Shown piece after piece: positions 8,363-16,566 of a stretch of 64,000 nt of DNA. The stretch lies in assembly GCA_021813405.1 (NCBI GenBank), contig JAKAKS010000009.1:26390-90389 (forward strand), read 5' to 3'. A program made the translations under genes and the position numbers. Numbering within the stretch: the first letter of the stretch is position 1; each line of letters starts with the position of its first letter. The notes below the pieces were generated by a model that searched no databases, was not told where the DNA came from, and saw nothing but the letters and a program-made list of their open reading frames with translations. This DNA comes from Nitrospirota bacterium. GTDB taxonomy: Bacteria; Nitrospirota; Thermodesulfovibrionia; Thermodesulfovibrionales; JdFR-88.

Positions 8363-9328
8363 ATGAAAAAACTCATCGCTTTTTCGTGTCTCCTGGCCGT
8401 GCTTGCGTCTCCGGCCCTGGCCCGCGCCGCTTCGTCCGCGGCGGATTTTCCGGGGCCTGTTTATGTACCCCTCCAGGCCGCAAATGCGGTGGAGGTTTTT
8501 CCGCAGAAACGCATGTTTCACAATTTGACGTCTGCCCATTATGCAGGCGTCAGCCCGGATGGCAAGATGCTGATCACAGGCAGTTTCACGACCGGCAACG
8601 TGTTTCTGGTGGACACTAAATCCGGGCAAATCCTGGCGACTTTCAAAATAGGTAAGACCGTACAGGGCGTTGTATTCACCCCTGATGGCCGCCGGGCAAT
8701 GGCTGTGGAGCCCAACAAGGGCACCGTCACCGTGATCGACGTCAAAAAAAGAAAGGTGATCAAAACAGTCCCCGTCGGAAACATTCCGCACAACATCGGG
8801 TTCTCACCTGACGGCCATTTGGCCTATGTTACCCTGCAAGGGGGCACCGGTGTTGCGGTTGTAGATATGAAGACCCTGCGGAAGCTAAGGGAGGTCCCCG
8901 TTCCGGGGTTGACCGGGCCGCACAATCTGGATTTTTCCGCAGATGGGTCCGTGATGTGGGTGCGCGATATCGTGGGACACGTCGCGGCAATTGACCTTAA
9001 AACAGGCAAGGAGCTTGCATTGATCCCCGTTGGCCGCGGACATGCCGGGATCGACGTTGCGCCGGGCGGAAAATATGTCCTTACCGGCGCCATAGCCGAT
9101 GATATTGTGGACTTGATAGACCCGAAAACATTCAAAGTAATAAAAAGCATCGTGGTAGGGAAGGGACCACACGGAGTGCGCTCCAGCCGCGATGGCCGCT
9201 GGGCATATACGGATGTAACTGGAAGCAACGAACTTGTGGTGATAGATATGAAGACACTCAAGATAGCACGGAAAATACCGACCGCCGGAGGCAATCCGTT
9301 CTGGGTGGCCATATCTGGCCATCCCTGA
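8363..9328 (+). CDS. secreted YVTN-family beta-propeller repeat protein
   Basis: The tracked ORF starts at 8198. I place the start at the ATG at 8363, which follows AAGAAGGGG and gives the signal peptide MKKLIAFSCLLAVLASPALARA. It contains repeated units of about 40 aa such as PHNIGFSPDGHLAYVT...VAVVDMKT and GVVFTPDGRRAMAVEPNKGTVTVIDVKK. Confidence 0.8.
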   Translation: MKKLIAFSCLLAVLASPALARAASSAADFPGPVYVPLQAANAVEVFPQKRMFHNLTSAHYAGVSPDGKMLITGSFTTGNVFLVDTKSGQILATFKIGKTVQGVVFTPDGRRAMAVEPNKGTVTVIDVKKRKVIKTVPVGNIPHNIGFSPDGHLAYVTLQGGTGVAVVDMKTLRKLREVPVPGLTGPHNLDFSADGSVMWVRDIVGHVAAIDLKTGKELALIPVGRGHAGIDVAPGGKYVLTGAIADDIVDLIDPKTFKVIKSIVVGKGPHGVRSSRDGRWAYTDVTGSNELVVIDMKTLKIARKIPTAGGNPFWVAISGHP

Positions 9329-9342
9329 TCTCTGGCCGCCAG

Positions 9343-9783
9343 ATGAACAAGCGTAAAAAGGACCGTTCAAAAAAAGAAACACCATTTCATCACCTGGGCA
9401 GGCCGGGCTGGCCTTCAATGCTCCTGGCCTTTACTTTCGCCCTCATGGTGTCCCTGCTTGCGGGCGCAAGCGCCCGCGCGGCGGATTTTACCGTGATGCT
9501 CACTGACCGGCTGACATTCGCGCCCCGCACCGTCACCATACACACCGGGGATGAGGTGGTTTGGAAGAACACATCGTCCGCAGTCCACACCGTAACCTGC
9601 GACCCCAGGCTTGCCGCTTCTCCGAATGACGCCTCATTGCCGCCGGCAGCAAAGCCGTTTAATTCTGGATTCCTCAGGTCGGGCGCGGTTTACCGGCATC
9701 GATTCACCGTGCCGGGCACTTATCATTACTTCTGCCTGCTGCACGAGTCCTCCGGCATGACGGGGACCGTCGTTGTAAAATGA
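9343..9783 (+). CDS. secreted cupredoxin (plastocyanin/azurin-family blue copper protein)
   Basis: The type-1 Cu ligand pattern is present: AVHTV...YHYFCLLHESSGM (H...CxxHxxxxM). It has the signal-like segment MLLAFTFALMVSLLAGASARA. The start could be 9343 or 9418. Confidence 0.8.
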   Translation: MNKRKKDRSKKETPFHHLGRPGWPSMLLAFTFALMVSLLAGASARAADFTVMLTDRLTFAPRTVTIHTGDEVVWKNTSSAVHTVTCDPRLAASPNDASLPPAAKPFNSGFLRSGAVYRHRFTVPGTYHYFCLLHESSGMTGTVVVK

Positions 9784-9870
9784 TCTTTAGCTGATGCAGC
9801 CAGGTTAGCGGAGCGAAACCCGGCGCTTCCTGAAAAATTATCAGGAGCATCTAACACCGGAAGGCCCCCT

Positions 9871-9940
9871 CAAAAACCATGACATAAACTTCATGACATA
9901 TGTCATGTAGACTGTGTCATGGTTTGTCATGTTATGATGG
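9871..9940 (+). repeat. ATGACAT-rich palindromic repeat, copy P1
   Basis: The sequence is caaaaaccATGACATaaacttcATGACATATGTCATgtagactgtgTCATggtttGTCATgttatgatgg. It contains the perfect 16-bp palindrome CATGACATATGTCATG. It aligns by eye with the reverse complement of 61326-61377. Confidence 0.7.
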
Positions 9941-10086
9941 CTTTGTAATGGTGCGGAACCAGCCCCGGCTTTCAGCCACCCCGAGAGAGGGGATTCCCCC
10001 GGTGTTCTTTGAAAAGAGACGAAAATGGCGGGATTGTTCGTCCTGGCGGGTCTAGGTACGCGATGGCGGCATTCCCGCACAGTCGC

Positions 10087-10227
10087 TGTATTGCCGGCCT
10101 GCGGCAGTATGGCAACCTTAAAAACAGTGGGTTAAAAAGGCAAGATTGAACGGGTTGAACAGGAAATTAGCAAAAAAGCTTTAAAAACAGCGGCTTGCAA
10201 CTATTCATTTGAACACATAAAAAAAGG
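10087..10227 (+). repeat. TTGAAC-rich intergenic repeat, copy L1
   Basis: The string TGTATTGCCGG...ATTGAACGGGTTGAACAGGAAATTAGCAAAAAA...TTGCAACTATTCATTTGAACACATAAAAAAAGG aligns by eye with 34908-35052 at roughly 65-70% identity. Confidence 0.55.
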
Positions 10228-10242
10228 CCTGTTTAAGCGGGG

Positions 10243-11364
10243 CTAAATCTCTTTTTCGTAAATCCTGTAACGCCTGTAAGGGGTGCCGCCGCAGATTTCG
10301 GACAGCTTGATTACCGGGAGGTTGTCTTCCAGTATCCAGGAGAACTCCAGCTTCTTGTACTTGTCCCCGGATTTCCTAATCCCCTCCACGCCTTTTTTCA
10401 TCAGAAGGGATTCGATGCCCTTTCCTCTCCATCCGTCTTTTACACCAAGGAGCATCAGCCGGAGGGCGTCTATCTTCCTGAACCTGTGTATGGCCTTTAT
10501 GATCCTGATTGGGGTCAGTTTGGCTTTCAATTCTACCAGGGCCTGGTTCAAGTCCGGCACAAGCCCCAGGAACCCAACAGGCTCCCCATCCGGGGCCTCC
10601 ACTATGGCGGTAAGCTCTTCCACCAGAACGCCCTTCAGCCTTTTGGCCATGTCGTCCACTTCTTCCGGGGTGATCGGGAGAAACCCCCAGTTGTCCTTCC
10701 AGGCGGAGTTGTAGACATCCCGGAAGATGGCAAGCTCATCGCGCAGTTTTTTCAGGTTTATATTGCGCGTTTTGAACCCGCGTTTTTCCGCCATGGCGGC
10801 CACGCGGAACATCTTCTCCGGCGGGTGCACGCCCGCAATGAAGGCAAGCAGGTCTTTTGCCTTCTGCATCCCGTATTTTTCCATCAGGCTGTTGTAGTAG
10901 GCGGGGTTATAGGGCATCATTATCATCGGCGCGCCAGGTTCACCGCCCTCCAGCAGGAACCCGCACTCCTCGTTGGTTGAAAAGTTCATGGGCCCGCGCA
11001 TCCGCTGCATGCCGGCCTTTTTAAGCTCCAGGGCGGCCGTGTCCAGCAGTTTTTTTGCCGTGGCCTGATCGTTTTCGCACTCGAAAAATCCGAAGAACCC
11101 GGCCCCGTCGGCGTGCGCCTCGTTATGCCTTCTGTTTACTATCGAGGCGATCCGGCCGGTTATCCTTCCATCCTGCCGGGCAAGGAAGTATTTCACTTCC
11201 GCGTCTTTAAAGAAAGGGTTTTTCTCCGGGAAGAACATTTTTTTCTGCTCGAAGATGGGCATGGGGCAGTAATTCGGGTCCTCCTGGTAAAGCCCCAGGG
11301 GGAACTTTATAAATGAAAGGACTTCCTTTGGCGACCTTGCCTCTGAAACCGCAACTGAGGCCAC
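10243..11364 (-). CDS. GNAT-fold N-acyltransferase-like protein (373 aa)
   Basis: The ORF has a GTG start sharing one nucleotide with the upstream stop codon (TAGTG). The N-terminal half contains LYQEDPNYCPMPIFEQKK...FFGFFECENDQ...MRGPMNFSTNEECGFLLEG. The C-terminal half has a GNAT-type CoA-binding loop, GWRGKGIESLL. Confidence 0.6.
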   Translation of the reverse strand: MASVAVSEARSPKEVLSFIKFPLGLYQEDPNYCPMPIFEQKKMFFPEKNPFFKDAEVKYFLARQDGRITGRIASIVNRRHNEAHADGAGFFGFFECENDQATAKKLLDTAALELKKAGMQRMRGPMNFSTNEECGFLLEGGEPGAPMIMMPYNPAYYNSLMEKYGMQKAKDLLAFIAGVHPPEKMFRVAAMAEKRGFKTRNINLKKLRDELAIFRDVYNSAWKDNWGFLPITPEEVDDMAKRLKGVLVEELTAIVEAPDGEPVGFLGLVPDLNQALVELKAKLTPIRIIKAIHRFRKIDALRLMLLGVKDGWRGKGIESLLMKKGVEGIRKSGDKYKKLEFSWILEDNLPVIKLSEICGGTPYRRYRIYEKEI

Positions 11365-12587
11365 TATATAAGCCCTAGCGCCTTGCCCACCTTGTCAAAG
11401 GCCTGAAGCACTGCGTCCAGATGCTCGTCCGTGTGGGTCGCCATATAGCTGGTCCTTAAAAGCGCCTTGCCTTCAGGCACTGCCGGGCTTACCGCCACAT
11501 TGGCAAACACGCCTTCCTGCTGGAGCATCATCGCCGCCTTGAAGGCAGTCTCGCTTTCACCCACCATAACCGGCACTATTGGGGTTTCCGTGGGGCCTAT
11601 TTCAAACCCCATCGCCTTGAACCCGCTTATCATCTTCACCGTATTGGCCCGCAGCCGTTCAAGCCTCTCCGGTTCGTTTTCAATTATATCCAGGGCCGCG
11701 CTTACGGCCGCAACCGAAGCCGGGGGCGGGCTTGCGCTGAATATCAGGGAGCGGGCGAAATGCTTTATGTAATGGATTACGTCGGAAGGCCCGGCAATAA
11801 AGCCGCCTATCGAAGCCAGGCTCTTGGAATAAGTGCCCATGATGAGGTCCACATCCTGTTCCAGCCCAAAGTGCTCGGCCGTGCCCCTGCCAGTTTTGCC
11901 CAGCACGCCTATACCGTGCGCGTCATCCACCATAAGCCTGGCGCCGTGTTTATGGGCTAAGGAGAGGATATCCGGGAGTTTCGCTATGTCGCCTTCCATG
12001 CTGAAAACGCCGTCCACTACCACCAGGGCGGCCTTGCCTCTGTTTCTGTTAAGCACCCGTTCCAGGTCCGCCATATCGTTGTGCCGGAATTTGCAGACCT
12101 CCGAGTACGAGAGCCTGCAACCGTCTATTATGCTTGCGTGGTCCATTTTATCAATAACCACAATGTCGTTTTTGCCGGACAGGGCCGATATCACGCCAAG
12201 GTTAACCTGGAAGCCGGTTGAAAAAACCAGCGCGGCCTCTTTCCTCATGAAGCGGGCCAGCTTTTCTTCCAGCTCAACGTGAATATCCAGCGTGCCGTTT
12301 AGAAAACGGGAGCCCGCGCAACCAGAGCCGTATTTCCTGACGGCCTCGATGGCGGCCTCTTTTACCTTTGGGTGATTGGTAAGCCCCAGGTAATTGTTGG
12401 AGCCTACCATTATCATGGGCTTGCCATTTATATATACAACCGGGTCCTGCGCGCTTTCGATGGTCCTGAAATAAGGGTAAAGGCCAACGTGCATCAGTTC
12501 GCGCGCCCTGGTGAAGCTTTTACATTTATCGAAAAGGTCCTGCCGCTCTATAGCCATTGATGAGTCCTGTACCAATCCGCTGTCCAC
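11364..12587 (-). CDS. alpha-oxoamine synthase, serine palmitoyltransferase / KBL / BioF family (Spt-like)
   Basis: The 407-aa ORF carries [44 protein letters not shown] and DDAHG, plus the PLP lysine in [12 protein letters not shown]. The alternative start at 12557 would overlap the upstream stop by 10 nt. Confidence 0.85.
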   Translation of the reverse strand: MDSGLVQDSSMAIERQDLFDKCKSFTRARELMHVGLYPYFRTIESAQDPVVYINGKPMIMVGSNNYLGLTNHPKVKEAAIEAVRKYGSGCAGSRFLNGTLDIHVELEEKLARFMRKEAALVFSTGFQVNLGVISALSGKNDIVVIDKMDHASIIDGCRLSYSEVCKFRHNDMADLERVLNRNRGKAALVVVDGVFSMEGDIAKLPDILSLAHKHGARLMVDDAHGIGVLGKTGRGTAEHFGLEQDVDLIMGTYSKSLASIGGFIAGPSDVIHYIKHFARSLIFSASPPPASVAAVSAALDIIENEPERLERLRANTVKMISGFKAMGFEIGPTETPIVPVMVGESETAFKAAMMLQQEGVFANVAVSPAVPEGKALLRTSYMATHTDEHLDAVLQAFDKVGKALGLI

Positions 12588-13516
12588 TTTATCCCTTCCT
12601 TTAAGGTGGTCTTTGCGGCAAAGCCGAAATCACGGCCCGCTTTGCCTGTGTCACAGCACCAGTGTGAATAAGCCAGTTCCCTGGCCTTGTCCCTGTTTAC
12701 GATGCCTGTACCAGGCATGAGCCCCGATATGCCCGCTATAACCGGCACCAGGGCTGAAGGCAGCCGCAGTTTTAACGGCGGACGCCTCTTTCCAAGGGCC
12801 TCCGATATGGCGGCCGCTATCTCGCTTCCTTTGTGGCACGGGCCATCGGAAAGATTATAAATCTTCCCCGCTGAGGTCTGGCTTGTTGCCGCCTGGATAA
12901 TCCCGGCCACCAGGTCCTCCACAAAAACAAGCGAATAACTGCTTTCTCCCCAGTACGGGTAAACGCCTTTTGCAACCATCCTGAACAGGACCAGAAAGTC
13001 CCTGTCGCCGGGGCCGTATACCGCCGGGGGGCGAACTATTACCGTTGGAATGGATTTTGCGAACTCCTCCACGGCCTTTTCGCCCAGAAGCTTGCTCCTG
13101 CCGTAATCGGAAACAGGGGCAGGCTCCTCATCTTCGCGCCTCAGGCTGCCATCCGGTGAAGGCCCCGAAGCAGACAGGCTGCTTACGTAAACAAACATCC
13201 GGCAGCCCGGGTTATTTTCAGCCGTTGCCTCCAGGAGGTTCCTGGTGCCCTCCGCGTTTGCCCTGTAAAAATCCCCCGCCTTTTTGGCCTTGGTGACGCC
13301 CGCCAGATGAAATATATAATCTGCGCCGCGCACCGCCTCCCGCAAAGTTTCCTTGCGGGTGCAGTCCCCCTGGATTACCGATGCCGCCAGTCCTGCTAGT
13401 CTGCCGGAGACAGTGGGCCTCCTGACCAGGCATTTTACGGAAAACCCCTCGCTGGCCAGCCGGGCGGCCAAGTGGCCGCCAATGAACCCAGTGGCCCCGG
13501 TTACGAAGGCGTTCAT
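12548..13516 (-). CDS. NAD(P)-dependent epimerase/dehydratase-family SDR reductase
   Basis: The 322-aa ORF has the Rossmann motif [12 protein letters not shown] and the catalytic YGRSK (YxxxK). It is the first gene of the three-gene overlapping operon. Confidence 0.85.
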   Translation of the reverse strand: MNAFVTGATGFIGGHLAARLASEGFSVKCLVRRPTVSGRLAGLAASVIQGDCTRKETLREAVRGADYIFHLAGVTKAKKAGDFYRANAEGTRNLLEATAENNPGCRMFVYVSSLSASGPSPDGSLRREDEEPAPVSDYGRSKLLGEKAVEEFAKSIPTVIVRPPAVYGPGDRDFLVLFRMVAKGVYPYWGESSYSLVFVEDLVAGIIQAATSQTSAGKIYNLSDGPCHKGSEIAAAISEALGKRRPPLKLRLPSALVPVIAGISGLMPGTGIVNRDKARELAYSHWCCDTGKAGRDFGFAAKTTLKEGIKWTADWYRTHQWL

Positions 13517-13533
13517 GGGTGATTATTATACTA

Positions 13534-13746
13534 GAACCTGTCTCAAAATTGCTTCCGGCTGCAAGAGGTGTCCCCGAAAAGCTGTAGCTTTTGGGGGCAG
13601 AAGAGGCTGAAATCGCGGCAACTGTGGGGATCAGGAAAAACCGTCCGAAACGTAGCGCAGCTATGCCCCCGGGCGGTTTCCCATCTTCTCCTTGTCTGCC
13701 ATAATTTCTTCTCTCTTTCGCTTCAGAACCAATTTTGGACAGATTC
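13534..13746 (+). repeat. TIR hairpin (MITE/REP-like) intergenic element, copy A (213 bp)
   Basis: The ends GAACCTGTCTCAAAATTG and CAATTTTGGACAGATTC form an 18-bp terminal inverted repeat with 2 mismatches. The interior aligns with copy B at 34665-34842, apart from a 38-bp insertion at 13569-13606. Confidence 0.8.
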
Positions 13747-13819
13747 ATCGAGAACAACATACTGGAAACCGGATGATAAATAATGGGGAAGGCCCCTTTT
13801 CATCCGGTCCAGTAATAGC

Positions 13820-14650
13820 TTACATCTGCTCCAGCCTGCGGATCCGGTCCTCAATGGGTGGATGAGTGCTGAAAAGCTTTAAAATGGCGCTGCCTGAAAG
13901 CGGGTTGACAATAAACATGTGGGCCGTGGCCTCTGTTGCCTGCATGGGTATGGCCTTGGAGCCGTACTCCAGTTTCCGGAGGGCGCTTGCAAGATAGCGC
14001 GGATTCCCGGCTATTCGGGCACCGCCCTCGTCGGCTGAATATTCCCTGGCACGCGAGACGGCCATCTGTATGATAATGGCAATCAGGGGAGCAATTATCA
14101 TGAGCAAAAGACTGGCCAGCGGGCTGCTGCCCCGTCTGTCTCTCCTGCCGCCAAAGAACATCTCAAGCTGGGCAATCTGGGCCAGGTAGCTAATGGCCCC
14201 CGCTATAGTGGCTGCAATGGTGCTTATAAGGATGTCCCTGTGCTTCACATGCGCAAGCTCGTGCCCAAGAACGCCGGAAAGCTCCTCCGGTGTAAGAAGC
14301 CGCATTATACCCTCGGTTACGGCAACTGCCGCGTGGTTTGGGTTCCTGCCTGTGGCAAATGCATTTGGCTGCTCCTGGGGTATGATGAATACCTTTGGCA
14401 TCGGTAGTTCGGCCTTCGAGGCAAGCCTCCGCACTATTGAATACAATTCCGGCGCTTCGGCCTCTGTGACCTGCCGGGCGTTGTACATCTTCAGCACCAT
14501 CTTATCGCTGAACCAGTAGGCAAAAATATTCATCGCAAAAGCAAAGATAAGAGCGAACTTCATACCCTGGTCTCCACCCAGAGCCCGCCCGGCCCAGACA
14601 AAAAACAGGGTGAGCAGTGTAAGCAGGACGCCGGTTTTAAAACCGTTCAC
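13820..14650 (-). CDS. htpX: M48-family zinc protease HtpX
   Basis: The 276-aa ORF has N-terminal TM helices, the [10 protein letters not shown] (HExxH) motif and the [10 protein letters not shown] tail typical of HtpX. Confidence 0.9.
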   Translation of the reverse strand: MNGFKTGVLLTLLTLFFVWAGRALGGDQGMKFALIFAFAMNIFAYWFSDKMVLKMYNARQVTEAEAPELYSIVRRLASKAELPMPKVFIIPQEQPNAFATGRNPNHAAVAVTEGIMRLLTPEELSGVLGHELAHVKHRDILISTIAATIAGAISYLAQIAQLEMFFGGRRDRRGSSPLASLLLMIIAPLIAIIIQMAVSRAREYSADEGGARIAGNPRYLASALRKLEYGSKAIPMQATEATAHMFIVNPLSGSAILKLFSTHPPIEDRIRRLEQM

Positions 14651-14719
14651 GTATAAGCACCTCCTTATGAATCTTATTAATAATAATACAACTAAATTGT
14701 GTTTGAGATTTGAAGTTGC

Positions 14720-15097
14720 TCAGGCGATGCCGGAAACGGCTGAAACGGCGTTTTCAAGCTCTTCCAGCTTGAACGGCTTCCGGAGGACCCCTATGCCGCC
14801 GTTTTTGTAATCTTCGGCCATCTCGGAGGTGATATAGGCGGAACAGACAATTATCCGGGGGCGCTTCTGTTCGGGGATTTCACCCACTTTTGATATGAGA
14901 GTTGAGCCATTTTCCCCAGGCATCCGGAGGTCAGTGAGCATCAGGTCGAACCCCCCGCTATCCAGCGTGATAATGGCTTCAGCCCCGCTTGAAACGGCTT
15001 TTACGCTGTGCCCAAGCCTTGTTAGAGCCCTTTCCAGGAACCATCTGACTAATTGTTCATCATCTACGACAAGTATTTTCACGCGATTCCCCTGCAT
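14720..15097 (-). CDS. single-domain response regulator (CheY-like receiver)
   Basis: The 125-aa ORF has VVDDE and LTDLRMPG (the phospho-acceptor Asp), and no output domain. Confidence 0.85.
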   Translation of the reverse strand: MQGNRVKILVVDDEQLVRWFLERALTRLGHSVKAVSSGAEAIITLDSGGFDLMLTDLRMPGENGSTLISKVGEIPEQKRPRIIVCSAYITSEMAEDYKNGGIGVLRKPFKLEELENAVSAVSGIA

Positions 15098-15171
15098 ATT
15101 GTAAGCAAAAACCGGGCTAGAAGAAGTAGGTTTAAGCCGGGAAATAAAATTTGATATTTGCGGAAGCCACT

Positions 15172-16566
15172 TCAGACGTCTTTTTCGGGTAAAAACCCGA
15201 ATTTCTGCATCCTGTACCGGAGCGTGTCCCTGGAAAGGTTAAGGAGCCTGGATGCCTTGGACTGGTTGCCCTTGGTTGAATCCAGGGCCTGTCTTATAAG
15301 CTCCTTTTCTACCTCCTCGATATCGATGCCGGAGGATGGAAGCCTTATATCCATCGGCTTGGCGCCTACTGAATAGGCCGTTGCAGCCCCGGAGGATACT
15401 TCCATCGGAAGGTGCTCGGGCAATATATAGACCTCGTTTTCCAGTATCATGGCCCGCTCTATAACGTTTTTGATCTCTCTTACGTTACCTGGCCAGTGGT
15501 ATTCAAGGAAGAGCTTTTCTGTTTCGCTTGCCAGTCCTTTTGTGGATTTTCTGAATTCCCTGTTGAACAGATCTATGAAGAATCTGGCAAGGTGCAGGAT
15601 GTCTTCCTCCCGGTCCCTCAGAGGCGGCAGATATACCGGGATTACCTTCAGCCTGTAGTAAAGGTCCTCCCGGAAATTGCCGTTTCTGACCTCTTCATCA
15701 AGGTTTTTGTTGGTGGCGGCTATTACCCGTAGGTCCACATCGATATCCTTTATGCCGCCTACCCGCTTGAAACTCTTGTTCTCGATCACTTTTAGGAGTT
15801 TGGCCTGGGTGGACAGTTTCATGTCCCCGATTTCATCCAGGTATATGGTCCCTGAATCCGCCAGCTCGAACATGCCCTTTTTCATGGTTTTGGCATCCGT
15901 GAAAGCGAATTTTTCATAGCCGAAAAGTTCGCTTTCTATGAGTGTCTCCGGCAGGGCCGTGCAGTTTATCTCTACAAACGGCTTGTCCTTCCGCGCGCTC
16001 TGGTAATGGATTACCTTGGCAACTAAATCCTTGCCGGTGCCGCTTTCTCCCTGCAGCATTACCGTGCTGGCATCGCTTTTGGCCACCTTTTGTATAAGAT
16101 CTAACACCTTCTTCATGGGTTGCGAACTGCCTATCAGGCTGGCCGGCGCGTATTTGGAGTTAAGCTGGCTTCTGAAATTGGAGACCTCTTTTCGTAACGA
16201 GGATGTTTCCAGGGCCTTGTCCAGAATTATCTTTAGCTTGTCCATATTGAAGGGCTTTTCCACGAAATCATAGGCCCCAAGCTTGATTGTCTTGACAGCC
16301 GTCTGGACGTCACCGAACGCCGTTATCATGATTACAATGGCGTCCTTGTTTATCTCCTTGATGCCTTCAAGCACGGTTATGCCGGAGATGTCGGGCAGGT
16401 GTATGTCCAGAAGGGTAATATCCGGGGGGTCCTCCCGGAACTGGCTAAGCCCGTCCAGCCCTTTTTCGGCAGTGGACACCGTGTAGCCGTCCTTGGAAAG
16501 GTTCTGGTCGAGGGACCACCGGAGGAGTTTTTCGTCATCTATTACTAAGACTTTAGCCTTGGCCAT
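15172..16566 (-). CDS. sigma-54-dependent Fis-family response regulator (NtrC class)
   Basis: The 464-aa ORF combines a receiver domain (VIDDE, LLDIHLPD), an AAA+ domain (GESGTGKD, ESELFGYEKFAFTDA, RVIAATN, REDLYYRL) and a C-terminal Fis HTH (ASRLLNLSRDTLRYRMQKFG). Confidence 0.9.
   Translation of the reverse strand: MAKAKVLVIDDEKLLRWSLDQNLSKDGYTVSTAEKGLDGLSQFREDPPDITLLDIHLPDISGITVLEGIKEINKDAIVIMITAFGDVQTAVKTIKLGAYDFVEKPFNMDKLKIILDKALETSSLRKEVSNFRSQLNSKYAPASLIGSSQPMKKVLDLIQKVAKSDASTVMLQGESGTGKDLVAKVIHYQSARKDKPFVEINCTALPETLIESELFGYEKFAFTDAKTMKKGMFELADSGTIYLDEIGDMKLSTQAKLLKVIENKSFKRVGGIKDIDVDLRVIAATNKNLDEEVRNGNFREDLYYRLKVIPVYLPPLRDREEDILHLARFFIDLFNREFRKSTKGLASETEKLFLEYHWPGNVREIKNVIERAMILENEVYILPEHLPMEVSSGAATAYSVGAKPMDIRLPSSGIDIEEVEKELIRQALDSTKGNQSKASRLLNLSRDTLRYRMQKFGFLPEKDV

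Noticed and set aside
9901-9940. TGTCATggttTGTCATgttaTGATGG in P1 as a Pho box for the PhoB-like regulator at 39907.
   Set aside because: The spacing resembles the 11-bp Pho-box periodicity, but the site lies between two convergent gene ends with no promoter to control. It is also part of a multi-copy repeat.
9841-10080. ORFs lying inside repeat or intergenic DNA: 9841-10080, 1523-1789, 13218-13760, 25833-26060 and 43761-43955.
   Set aside because: They run through the repeat elements described above or through untranslated spacers. They have no Shine-Dalgarno sequence and give peptide sequences that look like translated repeats.
13534-13746. Repeat copies as a CRISPR array.
   Set aside because: The copies are kilobases apart, differ in length (54-213 bp) and are not separated by regularly sized spacers. 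No cas genes are present.
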